Part shown: piece after piece, positions 1 through 13,436 of the stretch | How the letters are laid out: the number at the start of each line of letters is the position of its first letter | Position numbering within the stretch: position 1 is the first letter of the stretch | Assembly: GCF_009914755.1 (NCBI RefSeq) | Contig: NC_060928.1 | Strand: one strand, 5' to 3' | DNA length: 64,000 bases | Origin: the human T2T-CHM13v2.0 reference genome, Homo sapiens | Position numbers and translations under genes: made by a program | The notes under the pieces: generated by a model | The model's database searches: none | What the model saw: the letters and a program-made list of their open reading frames with translations, nothing else | Told to the model about the DNA's origin: nothing

Positions 1-1287
1 GACAGGGAGGATGTTCTGAGTTTAGCGTGCAGCTTGGGAGAAGGCTTGGCTGTGGGTGGGAGTGGAATGAAAATAGGAAAGAAGGCTGTTTGCCCATGTG
101 CTCATGGCAAAGTGAAGCTCCCCAGAGGAATAAAGGAATCTAAAGGGAATGAAGGATAAAGAGGCAGTGATTAAATAGATTAATCCTAATCTGAAGTGTA
201 ATAGATTCCTGCAAAGTGAAAAAGTATACTTCATTGTTCAGATGATGGGCACCAGTGGGTGAAGGGCGCTTTTGAAGTCAGACACTGCTATGGAGAATAG
301 TGAGAGGAGCCTTAGTTCCTAGAGACTGAAGAGAGGAAAAACGCAGGGCCCTGCAAATGGTAGGGAAGTTCTAGTTCTTGGAAATACTGCCTAGGATTAT
401 GGCAATGTACTTACCCTTTCTAAGTCCTTGGAAGAGATATAACTATAATCAGAGAAGATAGCTTGGCAATGGCAATGCGTTTCCTTTCCTGGAAATTCAA
501 GAAACCAGATCTCAAACTGAACTGTAGGAATTGAGAGGCAAAGGGAAGGATAAGGGGGTGGAGGGAGAACAAGTTTAGAAGAGAACAGGTAATATAGGTC
601 AAGCTCGAGGAGCTCATAGAACCTGGAAATATCACCAGAGGCTACCAAAGGCAATAGAAACCTTTTATAGTGTGACCTAGATTGAGCACCAGGGCCATGG
701 AGTGAACAGGAACTCCGAATGGAGCAAGTCTAGTTTGGACTTTCACATTGGACAGGGAATCTGGAGAGCATATCTTTGAAACAGTCCATGTAAAAGACAA
801 TTCAGAGATTTTACCAGAGAAGAGACATTCAATAAGTCCTAAAGAAGAGTGGATCAGAAGATTAGGGCAATGTATCAACCGTCTGGGAATATTAGAAAAG
901 ATCAGTTACCTTTAGAAATACCTGAGAATCATTTTATGCTTCTCGAAAGTCTTTTATATATCATTTTCTGTATCATCTTTCATCTAATGTAGAGTGTGAA
1001 GAGCTAGCATAAAAATGTGGCCATGTTTTCCAAGTTGATATCAATTAGAGTCTGTTTAGAGAACAATTTAAGATTATCCTGCTATACGTGGCAGTGCGGC
1101 CCCAGCTCTTCACAGAGAGTGGGCAGATTTTACAAGCATTATCACAGTGCGTTAGCTATTATTACTTTAAATATGTAAATAAGTTGTTTCTAAAGCAGAC
1201 ATACTGACATAGTTCTTCAAAGTTGTTCCTGAAATTCCTACTACCTTAAACTGTGAGTAAATTAGATGAACAATTTATTTGTAAATC

Positions 1288-2143
<856 letters not shown>

Positions 2144-2251
2144 CTTTTTTTTTCTAAATATCTCTTTTTCTAAATATCTCCTTTATTACTGATGAAAGTA
2201 ACATTGGAGAATGTGACCAAAACATCAAGTTTATTATTTGACAAAACTGAT

Positions 2252-2671
2252 TATATCAGTCCATTTTGTGTTGCTATAAAGGAATGCCTGAAATGAGGAA
2301 TTTATTTTAAAAAAAGAGCCTTATTTTGGCTCATGGTTCTGCAGGCTGTACAAGAAGCATAGTGCTGGCATCTGCTTCTGGAAGGACCTCAGAAAGCTTA
2401 TAATCATGGTGGAAGGGGAGAGGGTGCAGGTGTGTCACATGGCAAGAGAGAGAGCAAGAGAGAGAGGGGAGGATGTACCAGGCTCTTTTAGAAACCAGCT
2501 CCCTTGCAAACTAATAGATTGAAAATGCACTCATTATCATAGGGAGCACATCAAGCCATTCAAGAGGGATCTAACCCCATGACCCAAAGACCTCCCACTA
2601 GGCTCACCTGCAACATTGGGGATCACTTTTCAATGTGAGATTTGGAGGGGACAAATATCCAAACCGTATCA
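2252..2671 (-). mobile_element. MaLR solo LTR (MSTB-like)
   Basis: tatatcagtccattttgtgttgctataaagg...ggggacaaatatccaaaccgtatca; 5-bp TSD ctgat (2247-2251) / ctaat (2672-2676). Confidence 0.9.
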
Positions 2672-4839
2672 CTAATATTTTTGGGAATGTGACCAAAATA
2701 TCAACTTTATTATTCATAAAACAAACAGAGAATGTGGGCTGTATCTATTGATAAAGTGGTATTCCAAATATTAGACAGCATTAGGATTAGAATTGCCTGC
2801 CCCATCACAGGAAGCATTGGATTGGGCTGTCCCTTGAGAGTCTTGCCCTTCTAAGACTGACAGCCTAGAAGGACAAAACAGAAAGGTATTCTGGAAGCCG
2901 ATTGATCTTAAAGAGTCTAGTGGAGGAGTTTAAGTAGAAAGTGACACCACACAATTTTAGAAGTACAAGAAAAGATTGAATTCTCTGCTTTCTTCCTCAC
3001 TTTTTCGCTTTATCAAACACTCACAGAGACTCCTTCGCGCATCAGTCACTGTGCTACTTGCTAGTGATCCAAGCAAGATTCTAACCTCAAGGATCCTCTA
3101 GCTTTATGATAGAGATGACATATTAACTAATGCTGGTAGAGGTTTCAGCCAGCAGAGGTTTGTTTAGGGGAAAGAATTTCTTATTCAGGAAAATGATAGA
3201 ATGGGCTGTTTTAATTATAAAACACAAAGTATCTTAGAGGTAGTATGGTGGAAGAGATTTGGACAGATGAGCAAAACTGATCCACATAATAAATGTGAAG
3301 AATTTGGAGTTTTCATATTGGTCCTGAGGAATTGAAATAAAGTAGAGAGAGCAGTGGAAAGGATTTTAGAGTGAGACATGACACTAGGCAGCAGGCTGGG
3401 CTCTCAGGAGAGGCAGGGCCAGTGAAAATTTCCTGTTGTGGAGAAGTTTTAAGGAATATGGAAGGTAAAGTTATTTCTTGTACTGGGCTGCAATTAGTGC
3501 CTGTTATTTATGACCTTATTTATGACCTTACGAAAAGCCTGTTATGTCCAGCAACCTTATATTCCTGGTAAGTTGGAGGAATGCAGGAGAAGGAAATTTT
3601 TATTGTGTGGGTGAAATGCTGGAAAGCAAAGAGGTACTCTTGGAGGTAGGTCGACGAATGAGAAGAGGGGGTCAGAGTGAGTGGTGGCCAGAACCTAAGC
3701 CCCTTGGAAATTCAAGCTAATGAGGGAGGACTGCCTGGAGTTTTCCACCCAAGCAATTTAATGTAGGCTTTGAAGGAAATATGATGACCCAGAACTAATG
3801 AGGACTTGGAGACTTTGGGTGGCAAATATTGAGTTAAACAGATTATTATTGCATAGAATAATAAATGCAAGAATATTGCACAAAAAGCTGGGGGGTTAAA
3901 GGTATTGCCTAAGGAAGGCAACAGGAATTAGCTGTGAAGTTGAGGATGGGTGTGGGTGAGGATGAGGCTTCCCAGGCAGAGGAAATATTGTGGGTGCAAA
4001 GGCCCAAAGCAATCAGGGTATTAATTGCAAGTTAATTCCAAGCATCTGAATTATACAACTGAAGAGGGTAGGAAGTAGTGGGACTGAAAAGAGGAGTAAG
4101 CATCAGATCCTAAAGAACTTTCTGTGCTCTACTCTGGGCCCTATTCTGATGACAGGGGGATAGAGGAAGATCTTTGAAGGCTTGAAGAAAATGACACTTA
4201 AAACTTCATATCTTTTAAAATGCATTTAAGCAATAAAGAAGTAGCACTTTAGGCAGATTTCAAGTTGGCTACGAAGTGAACATAAGCTTCTTTAAAGGTC
4301 CTTCTCATTTCTCCTCTCTCCTGTTGAAACTTCTGGTCATTCCAGACTTCCACACTCTCAGACCATATCCTGGGGCCAGGATGCCTTCCTTCCCCTGGGG
4401 GCATCACCTGCCAGGGGTCTGGTCTCCCTGCTGTATCTTCTTTTCCTCATCAAAGATGACTGGTGTAGTCTGGAGACCTTGTCCTCTGCTAAAGGGCTAG
4501 TTCAGCACATATTTCTTTGCATGAGCATCTTCTCACGAGGGCCGAGAGGAGGTGAACTTGCACTTACTGAGCATCTTCCCTGTGCCATGTTACAAGCGTC
4601 ATGTCCAGCACCTGGCACTGTGCCTGGGACATGGTATTAGATGAATGAAAAAGCCTAATTAATCATCATAACTGGTTCTATCTTGTTCCAATTTAGGGAT
4701 GAAGAAATTCAAATTCAGGTGATTATTAAGCTTATCCAAGGTCACATAGCTGCTGGGTAGCTCAGTCAGAATTTAAACTGAAGTGACTGGCTTTCCAAAA
4801 CCACAATTTTGTCAGTTTATCATAATGTGTCACTCACAG

Positions 4840-5215
4840 AGACATAATTAAAAAGAACTTCAGAAAAGAAGCTACCAGTGTGCGTCGTAATATTCTTATG
4901 GAAATGATGGAGAAATAGGATGTGGATCTAGGATAATTAAATGGATACATACCTTGTTTAACAACCACACATAAAGGCATTGATGGATTGATTATTGTGG
5001 GCTCAGAATAAAGTGTGAAGTAGCTAACCCAATGTGAAGTCCTCAAGCAAGTTCGCCTCAGCAATTTTGTTTATGACTTGAGTGGAGATATATTGGTAAT
5101 ATTTATTTAATTTGCAATAATAGAAATTCTGGAAGGCTAGCAAGAATGAAAGACAATTCAAAATTCAGAACAGTCTAAAATATTGGATTGAATTCTCTCT
5201 GAGGTTTTAATAAGA
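4840..5215 (+). mobile_element. CR1/L3 LINE fragment (RT region), highly diverged
   Basis: Degenerate CR1-like RT-region sequence (tggatacataccttgtttaacaaccac...ttgtttatgacttg...aatttgcaataatagaaa), recognised from recollection of the consensus; boundaries approximate. Confidence 0.45.
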
Positions 5216-5468
5216 AAAATTCCATACATACAATAGAGTTGACAGAATACTACAATGAATATTCATATACCAAGTCCTTAGATTAATAACTGTTAACATT
5301 TTATCAGTTTTCTTTACCTGTCTTAGCAAATATCGAATTTTTTACTATTTGGAAGCAAATTGCAGACCTCATGAAACTTTGCCATTTCACATCTTCTAAA
5401 TATCTTATACAACTCTAGTACTATGGATCACACCTAAGAAAATTAACAAGAATTCCCTCAGATCATAA

Positions 5469-5935
<467 letters not shown>

Positions 5936-6049
5936 ATTCTCAATTTTTGCTTCACTGAATTTGAAATGAAACTTTGTAGGGAGTGCATATGATCTGATAT
6001 CTGGATGTAAAAACCAACTTCATAAGCATGAGGCCAAGGAGATGGGAAC

Positions 6050-6620
6050 ATATCTATAGCATGAGTGAAAAACAATTATGGGTCTTAGCCAACAACAGGC
6101 TCAATTGTGATTGCCAAAGCGTAAGTGCAAACTTAGATTGAAGAATAGTCCTGGATTCAGGACTGCCGTTTTCTGCACTGCCCACACGCTATGTATTGTG
6201 TCCAGTTCTCAGTTCTATACCATTGGTAGTCAGAAAACTGTCACCAGGAAGATGAAGGGATTTAAAAACACATTGAGAAAGAGGAACACATTTTAGAAAG
6301 AGGAAGAAATTGAGTATTTGAGTCTTGGGAAAAACAAAAGTTAACTCTTTGACTAAGAGATGTCTATTAACTGCCTTGGAATAGTAAAGAACCACCATTT
6401 GGAAGGTATCCTTGTTTCTTCTAAGGGTAGTTCACAGACTACTAGAGGAAACTACCATGGGAGAGACATCAGTTCAAATAGAGTAATTTAATAATAATGG
6501 TTAGAGTTGATCAAAAGCGTTGCCTTAGGAAGTAGCTAGTTCTCTGACACAAGTGCCCTTCACTGTAATACAGGCAGAAGACATCCAAACACTGAGTGGC
6601 TTTTTAGATTAGGTGATCTT
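6050..6620 (+). mobile_element. CR1/L3 LINE 3' fragment
   Basis: tattgtgtccagttct...caccaggaagatgaagggattt...gttgccttaggaagtagctagttctctg...ttagattaggtgatct resemble the L3 ORF2 end and 3' UTR; probably continuous with the 4840-5215 piece. Confidence 0.55.
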
Positions 6621-6637
6621 AGTCTAACTATTTTTTA

Positions 6638-6790
6638 TTCAGGATCTTTTTGGTTGCAAGTGACAGAAACCCAAATAATACCTTCTTAGGCAAAAGAGGA
6701 ATTTTTTGAAAGAATGCTTGAGAAATTGTGTATAATCAGCATTTGGGCTGAACACTGAAACTCAAGGAGGATGGAGCACAATTCTCTTTC
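6638..6790. mobile_element. Ancient MLT1 (K/L/N-like) LTR fragment
   Basis: tcaggatctttttggttgcaagtgacagaaacccaa...cttaggcaaaagagga is a typical MLT1K/L/N terminus. Confidence 0.55.
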
Positions 6791-7781
6791 TCACTCTCAC
6801 TCTCACTCTCACTCTTGTTCTCTTCCTTATACTTGCTCCACTCTCATTCTAGCTCTGGTTTCTTTTTCTCTCAGTGATTCAAAGCAGCCTGGTAAGAAAA
6901 ATAAGGTGTTGACTGTTTCTGAATTTTAACATGCCTGGTTGAAGAATCCTGGTGAAAGACTCTGTGTTGCCAGTCAACTCTGCCAAGAAAAAATGATGAT
7001 CAATGAATTTACTCAGTTTGCTACATTGTGAGCTCTTTCAAGTAACAAGGGAGTCTATCATAAAAGTTTCAATGCTACAAAGGACAATGGTGAGGTTAAG
7101 ACCCTGTCCTCCCTTAAGTGACATGGACAGTCAGTTCTGAAAGGAAATATCAGTCTGCAGAATCCATGGCAAATTCAAGCTACCCCATAGGAGAAAATGC
7201 TTGAAGGTCACCTGGAAGTACCGCATTCAATGTTGTAGCATATTTGGGAGCCACTGGGAAATCCGTGCCACCCACAGACTGGCCAGGAATGCAGCAAATA
7301 AAGTAAGGCTTTTATTTTCTGAGAAAGTATGGGAAAACTGTGAGGCAAGGGTAATGGTGCATAGCAGCTCAGGCTCTGCAAACATTTGCATTGTGGCTGA
7401 AAGCCAAGGCTAGGGCTTGGAACCTGCAGGACTGTAGATGAGATCCTGGTGTTGTAGCAGAAAAGTCCATTCTTCACTGTACACAAAGGAAAGTTGATCC
7501 TCAAGGTGAAATAACAAGTCGGTGGCATAAATTTCCTTAACATGAAAGTTTCTCGACTCCCATCTCTTCTTTTTTATATACCATCTTGCCTTTGAGAAAT
7601 TATGTTAGCTCTGCAGGGGTCCAATTTGGCTTCCTAGGCATTTATGGTCTGAGAAGTACTCAGGCTTAACTTTGTAGAGGGGGACAAATATCCCCAAATA
7701 TCAGTTCATGGGGTCATTGCAAAGACACCAATTGAAGAACTTTCTATTTTAACTTTTGCATTAGTTATTTTTAAATTTGCA

Positions 7782-7896
7782 GAGTATTTTTGTGGAGTCA
7801 GGGTGTCACTGTGTTGCCCAGGCTTGTCTCAAGTGATCCTCCCACTTTGGCTTTCCAAAGTGCTAAGATTACAGGCATGAGCCACTACACCTGGTC
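7782..7896 (-). mobile_element. Alu monomer (FLAM / left arm), degenerate
   Basis: gtgttgcccaggcttgtctcaagtgatcctcccac...ccaaagtgctaagattacaggcatgagccactacacctggtc. Confidence 0.85.
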
Positions 7897-7899
7897 ATG

Positions 7900-8276
7900 T
7901 GTATTAGTCTGTTCTCACACTAGTTTAAAGAACTGCCCAAGACTGGGTAATTTATAAAGGAAAGAGGCTTAATGGACTCATAGTTCCACATGGTTGGAGA
8001 GGCCTCAGAAAACTTACAACCACGGTGCAAGTGGAATCAAGGACTTTCTTCACATGGCGTCTGGAGAGAGAAGAAGCCTGGAAAAACTACCGTTTATAAA
8101 ACCATCAGATCTCTTGAAAATTCACTCACTATCATTAGGACAGCATGGAAGAAACCGCCCCATGATCCAATCACCTCTGTCCCTTGACATGTGGGGATTA
8201 CAAGTTCCTCCCTTGACACATAGGGATTACAGTTCGAGATGAGATTTGGGTGGGGACACAGAGCCAAACTATATCA
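7900..8276 (-). mobile_element. MaLR solo LTR (MSTA/THE1D-like)
   Basis: tgtattagtctgttctcacact...gagatttgggtggggacacagagccaaactatatca; TSD tcatg / ccatg. Confidence 0.92.
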
Positions 8277-8566
8277 CCATGCATATTAGTTTTGCTGTGA
8301 AATTATTCATTTTTGAAAAAAGTTCTACAAGTTGTAACAGGGAACTAGGGAAGAGAACACAAATATGTCACCTGCCCTGGGAGCTAAGCACTCTCTTAGC
8401 TGCCCACCTTCCAAATTTCCAAGTCTTATCTGTATCTCTCTCCATCCCTGTAAGGTTAACTTGGAACTAGGCCAGCTCCAGGAAAGTATGAAGCAGGATT
8501 CAGATTGAAAGTCTGTTGGTACAGCTAATCTGGCTTTTGTACAATCTGCTATGGAAGTGAAAGTAA

Positions 8567-8593
8567 GATGAGGATGATGATGATGATGATGAT
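8567..8593. repeat. (GAT)n microsatellite
   Basis: gatgaggatgatgatgatgatgatgat. Confidence 0.9.
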
Positions 8594-9643
8594 TACAATG
8601 ATGGCAATGGGTTGCCCTGCCAACCAGCAAGTGCAGGTGGATCTGTTTTGCTATTCTGAGAACGTTGTTGGAGTGCAGAGGTAACTAATGAAATGAAAGC
8701 TAAAGCGTGTGCACACTTGCTTCTTTGAAAACCCATAAGGAGAATGTCAAATGTTTGAATGTTTTATTATATTTTATATTTCATAAGATGCTGCAGGGTA
8801 CAGAAAGAATAAAAAGTAATGGTTTAAAAATGGAGGAGCAGGAGTAATGAGTCCTAGAATTGAAAATAACCATCACCCTTAGTTACTGTGGGTAAATAAT
8901 ACACTATAAAAGCCTTGGGAGGGAGAAGGGCATTGACTGAAAAGAGTAGCCCTGACAGTGAATCTAATTAGGTCTACCAAAAAAAATAAAAAAACAGTTG
9001 GGACAAATGAGAAACAACCTTACCTTCTCTTCCCAAAGAATTATGCCATAAAAGATAAAAGCGGCATCATTTGAGAGAATTTGCTACAGAATATAACAGT
9101 GGCTGCAGTGACAACAAAAACGTTCTTGCCTCACCATGAGTTATGGATGAAACCTATGTCTATGACAAATGTGCCTCATGAAAGCTACAGCATTTCAAAA
9201 TATATGCTTTTCCTCCACTGCATCTTTTGATACAAAACACATAATCTATTGAAGATGTATGCATGTTCATGCTCAGAGTAACTAAGAGTGAGTCCTGCAC
9301 GATTGGGATGTGGAACGCAGGCCACTGCTTTTCTTTTGTAGTCTTCAGGGAGCCTCCAAACATTTTAGTGTGTGTCTGTGTGAATATGTTTTAGAAGGCG
9401 GGCTTCTGGGGGTGGCAATGTGTCTTTTTAGGTTGCTCAGCAATGTAGTTTTTACACGACTACTTGAACTTTGGAAATGGAGCAAACCATTTATAAAATG
9501 TGGGAAGACATTTCTTTTTTCCTTAAAATATGTATTTCTCAGCATAAACGGCTATTTGTTGGACAAATTGAGGAGAATGTGTGTGAAGAGTATTGCCCTA
9601 GGTTCCTCAGGGAGAATGAAGTAGAGTATGCAATTTGTCAAGG

Positions 9644-9895
9644 CAGTGTTTTCACACCTTTTTGACTGTGACCCACACTTAACACATTTTACATTATACC
9701 CAAGATATGTATAAGTGCACACGTGTGTGCACACACACACACACACGTGAAACAAAGATTTCATGAAACAATAATTACCCTGGTTGTGTGCAATGCTCTT
9801 GAATGTTTTCAATTCTTCTCTATTCTTTCTTTCTTCTCTTTTTTTTTTTTGCTATATATTAAATTTGTTGTACCTTGATGTTTGAAAAACTCTGA
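9644..9895. mobile_element. hAT-Charlie-type MITE with internal (CA)n
   Basis: Begins cagtgttttcacacctttttgactgtgaccc and ends tgtttgaaaaactctg (imperfect CAG...CTG TIRs); exact family not assigned. Confidence 0.5.
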
Positions 9896-10064
9896 ATTCA
9901 AGGACACCAGAGCACATGTGCTCTGTCCAACAGGTTGGCGATAAGCTCTAGGAGGGTAGAGGCATCTCTAGTGCCTAGCGTAGGATTTAATACATTATGG
10001 GTACTAAACACATGTTGGTTTAGGTCTAATTAGGTCTACAAAAAATTATTATCAACACCATCCT

Positions 10065-10500
10065 CTAATTATTTGACCTTGGGCAAGTCATTTAACTTCT
10101 CTGTGCCTTGATTTTCTCACCCATGAAAAGATGCTACTAGTATTAACCTCTTGGCTTTGTTGTGAGGTGAGAGCATCTAGAACAGTGCTTGCCACATAGT
10201 TAGCTATCATTTTTATTGCTCATGCTATGATTAAAGACTCCGTGGCAAATGTTGTCAATTATGGCCAACTTACTTGGCCATTATCTCATTTATTCATTTC
10301 AGTAGTGCCTCTTAAGTTCCTTGAACAATGCTAACTAAGCATTTTACATTCATTTCTTTTGTTATCTTCTCAACAACCCTATGAGGCAGGGACTACTAGT
10401 GTCGGTTTATAGATTAGGCTTATAAAGGTGAGCTGTTTGCCTAGCATAACACGTCTAGTCCTTGACAACAGGCCTGTATGAATCCAAAGCCTGAGCAGTT
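10065..10500. mobile_element. MIR fragments (two, opposite orientation)
   Basis: MIR core tgaccttgggcaagtcatttaacttctctgtgccttg at ~10075, and antisense MIR ctcaacaaccctatgaggcaggg at ~10368. Confidence 0.75.
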
Positions 10501-10718
10501 ATGGTGAGGGAAGGGGAGTGGGGCCAAAGGTATTTCAGGCAGATGATTTGCCAATTGCGGAAGTCCAGGGCATGATCCTAACACTGTACTTCATGTATGT
10601 TGCTTCCCCTCTGATTTTTGTAAATACTGTGAATTTGATAAGTTGCATGAAAGGTAGAAAAGGTTCATATCATCATATCATTTTCAGCATAGAAAAGAAT
10701 AAGGGAAGTACAGGTTTA

Positions 10719-11081
10719 CAGGCACATTTTGTTTTTTTGGGCTTCCCTTATTGTGCCTTGCTTCTTTGTGATTTTTTACAAATTGAAGATGGTGGCAACC
10801 CTGTGTAGTGAGGCTATTGGTGCCATTTTTCCAACAGCATTGCTCACTTTGTAACTCTGTGTCAGCCTGTTTTAACAATAAGGTATTCTTAAATTAAGGT
10901 ATATACGTTGGTTTTTTTTAGGTGTAATGCTACTGCACACTTAATAACTGCAGCATAGTGTAAACATAACTTTCATATGTTGTGGGAAATCAAAAAATTG
11001 TGACTCACTTTATTACAATATTTGTTTTAATATTGTAATTGACCTAGAAACAAATCTGTAATATCTCCTAGGTATGCCTAT
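10719..11081 (+). mobile_element. Internally deleted Tigger1 DNA transposon
   Basis: 5' end ta|caggcacattttg...acaaattgaagatggtggcaaccctg...ccatttttccaacagca fused to the 3' end ...gtgtaaacataactttc...aatatctcctaggtatgcct; the final TIR bases plus TA reappear after the THE1D (cctgta, 13437-13442). Confidence 0.85.
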
Positions 11082-13436
11082 TGTATTAGTTCATTTTCAT
11101 ACTGCTAATGAGGAATACTCGGGACTGAGTAATTTATAAAGAAAAAGAGGTTTAATGGACCCACAATTCCACATGGTGGGGGAAGCCTCACAATCATGGC
11201 AGAAGGTGAAGGAAGAGCAAATGCACATCTTACATGGTGGCAGGCAAGAGAGCCTGTGCAGGGGAACTGCCCTTTACAAAACCATCAGATCTCATGAGCT
11301 ATTCACTATCACAAAAACAGCATTGAAAAACCCATCCCCATGATTGAATTACTTTCCACTGGGTAATTCGATGAGGATTATGGGAACTACAATGGGGATT
11401 ATGGGAACTACAATTCAAGATGAGATTTGGGTGGGGACATAGTCAAACCACATCATTCTGCCCCGGCCCCTCCCAAATCTCATGTCCTCACATTTCAAAA
11501 CCAATCATACCTTCCTAACAGTCCCCCAAAGTCTTAACTCATTTCAGTATTAACTCAAAAGTTTGCAGTGCAAAGACACATCTGAGACAAGGCAAGTCCC
11601 TTCTGCCTATGAGCCTGTAAAAGCAAAAGTAAGTTAGTTACTTCCAAGATGCAATGGGGGTACAGGCATTGGGCAAATGCACCCATTTCAAATGGGAGAA
11701 ATTGGCCAAAATGAAGAGGATACAGGCCCTATGCACATCCAAAGTCCAGCAGGGAAGTCAAATCTTAAAGTTCCAAAATGATCTCCTTTGAATCCATGTC
11801 TCACATCTAGCTCATGCTGATGCATGAGAGGGTTCCCATGGTCTTGGGCAGCTCCTCCCCTGTGGCTTTGCAGGGTACAGTGCCCCCCTCCTGCCTGCTT
11901 TCATGAGTTGGCATTGAGTGTCTGTGGCTTTTCCAGGTGCATGGTGCAAGCTGTCATTGAATCTACCATTCTAGGGTCTGGAGGATGGTGGCCCTCTTCT
12001 CATAGCTCCATGAGGCAGTGCTGCAACGGGGACTCTGTGTGGGGTCTCCCACCCCACATTTTCCTTCTGCACTGCTCTAGCAGAGGTTCTCCATGAGGGC
12101 ACCACCCCTACCCCTACAGCACAACTCTGCCTAGACATCCAGGCATTCCTATACCTCCTCTGAAATTTAGGTGGAGATTCCCAAACCTCAATTCTTGAGT
12201 TTTGTGTACCTGCAGGCCCAACACCACATGTAAACCACCAAGGCTTGGGGGATTTACACCTTTTGAAGCAATGGCCTGAGCTGTACATTGGCCCCTTTTG
12301 GCCATGACTGGGACACAGAGTACCATGTCCTGAGACTGCACAAAGCAGCAAGACTTGGGCCTTGCCTACAAAACCATTTTTTCCTCCTAGGCCTCTGGGC
12401 CTGTGATGGGAGGGGCTGCCATGAAGGCCTCTGACATGCCCTGGAGACATTTTCTCCATTGTCTTGGTGATTAACATTTGGATCCTTGTTACTTATGCAA
12501 ATTTCTGCAGCCAGCTTAAATTTCTCCTCAGACAATGAATTTTTCTTTTCTATTGCATAATCAGGCTGAAAATTTTTCAAACTTTTGTGCTCTGCTTCCC
12601 TTTTAAATGTAAGTTTCAATCCCAAGCCATATTTTTGTGAATTCATAAAACTGAATGCTTTTAACAGCACCCAGGTCATCTCTTGAACACTTTGCTGCTT
12701 AGAAACTTCTTCCACCAGATACCCTAAATCATCTCTTTCAAGTTCAAAGCTCCACAGATCTACAGGGCAGGGGCAAAATGCCACCAGTCTCTTTTCCAAA
12801 ACATAACAAGAGTCACCTTTATTCCATTTCCCAAAAGGTTCCTCATCCCCATCTAAAACCATATCAGCCTGGACTTATTGTCCGTATCACTATCAGCATT
12901 TTGGTCAATGTCATTTAAGAAGTCTCTAGGAAGTTCCAACTTTTCCACATTTTCCTATCTTCTTCTTAGCCCTCTAAACTCTTCCAACCTCTGCCTGTTA
13001 CCCAGTTCCAAATTTGCTTCCACATTTTTGAGTATCTTTATAGCAATACCCCACTCTACTGGTACCAATTTACTGTATTAGTTCATTTTCATACTGCTAT
13101 GAAGAAATACCCAAGACTGGGTAATTTATAAAGAAAAAGAGGTTTAATGGGCTTATAGTTCCACATGGCTGGGGAGGTCTCACAATCATGGTGGAAGGCA
13201 GAGAAGGAGCAAAGGCACATCTTACATGGAGGCAGGCAAGAGAGCATGTGCAGGGGAACTGCCCTTTATAAAACCGTCAGATTTCATGAGACTTATTCAC
13301 TGTCACGAGAATAGCATGGGAAAAACTGTCCCCATGATTGAATTACTTTCTACTGGGTCCCTCCCATGACATGTGGGGATTATGGGAGCTACAATTCAAG
13401 ATGAGATTTGAGTGGGGATACAGCCAAACCATATCA
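11082..13436 (-). mobile_element. Complete THE1D-type MaLR provirus (LTR-internal-LTR)
   Basis: Two direct LTRs (11082-11455, 13074-13436) around a ~1.6 kb THE1-internal region; 5-bp TSD cctat / cctgt. Confidence 0.95.
11971..12862 (-). pseudogene. Remnant of the THE1-internal ORF (frameshifted)
   Basis: Overlapping minus-strand ORFs of 202 aa and 168 aa (WNKGDSCYVLEKRLVAFCPCPVDLWSFELERDDLGYLVEEVSKQQS) match the known MaLR internal ORF. Confidence 0.8.

Noticed and set aside
8325-8630. Poly-His protein ORF
   Set aside because: The His run is simply the antisense (GAT)n microsatellite; there is no other coding signal.
9716-9749. Palindromic gtgcacacgtgtgtgcac / (CA)n hairpin or Z-DNA tract
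   Set aside because: Expected by-product of a CA/TG microsatellite inside a MITE.
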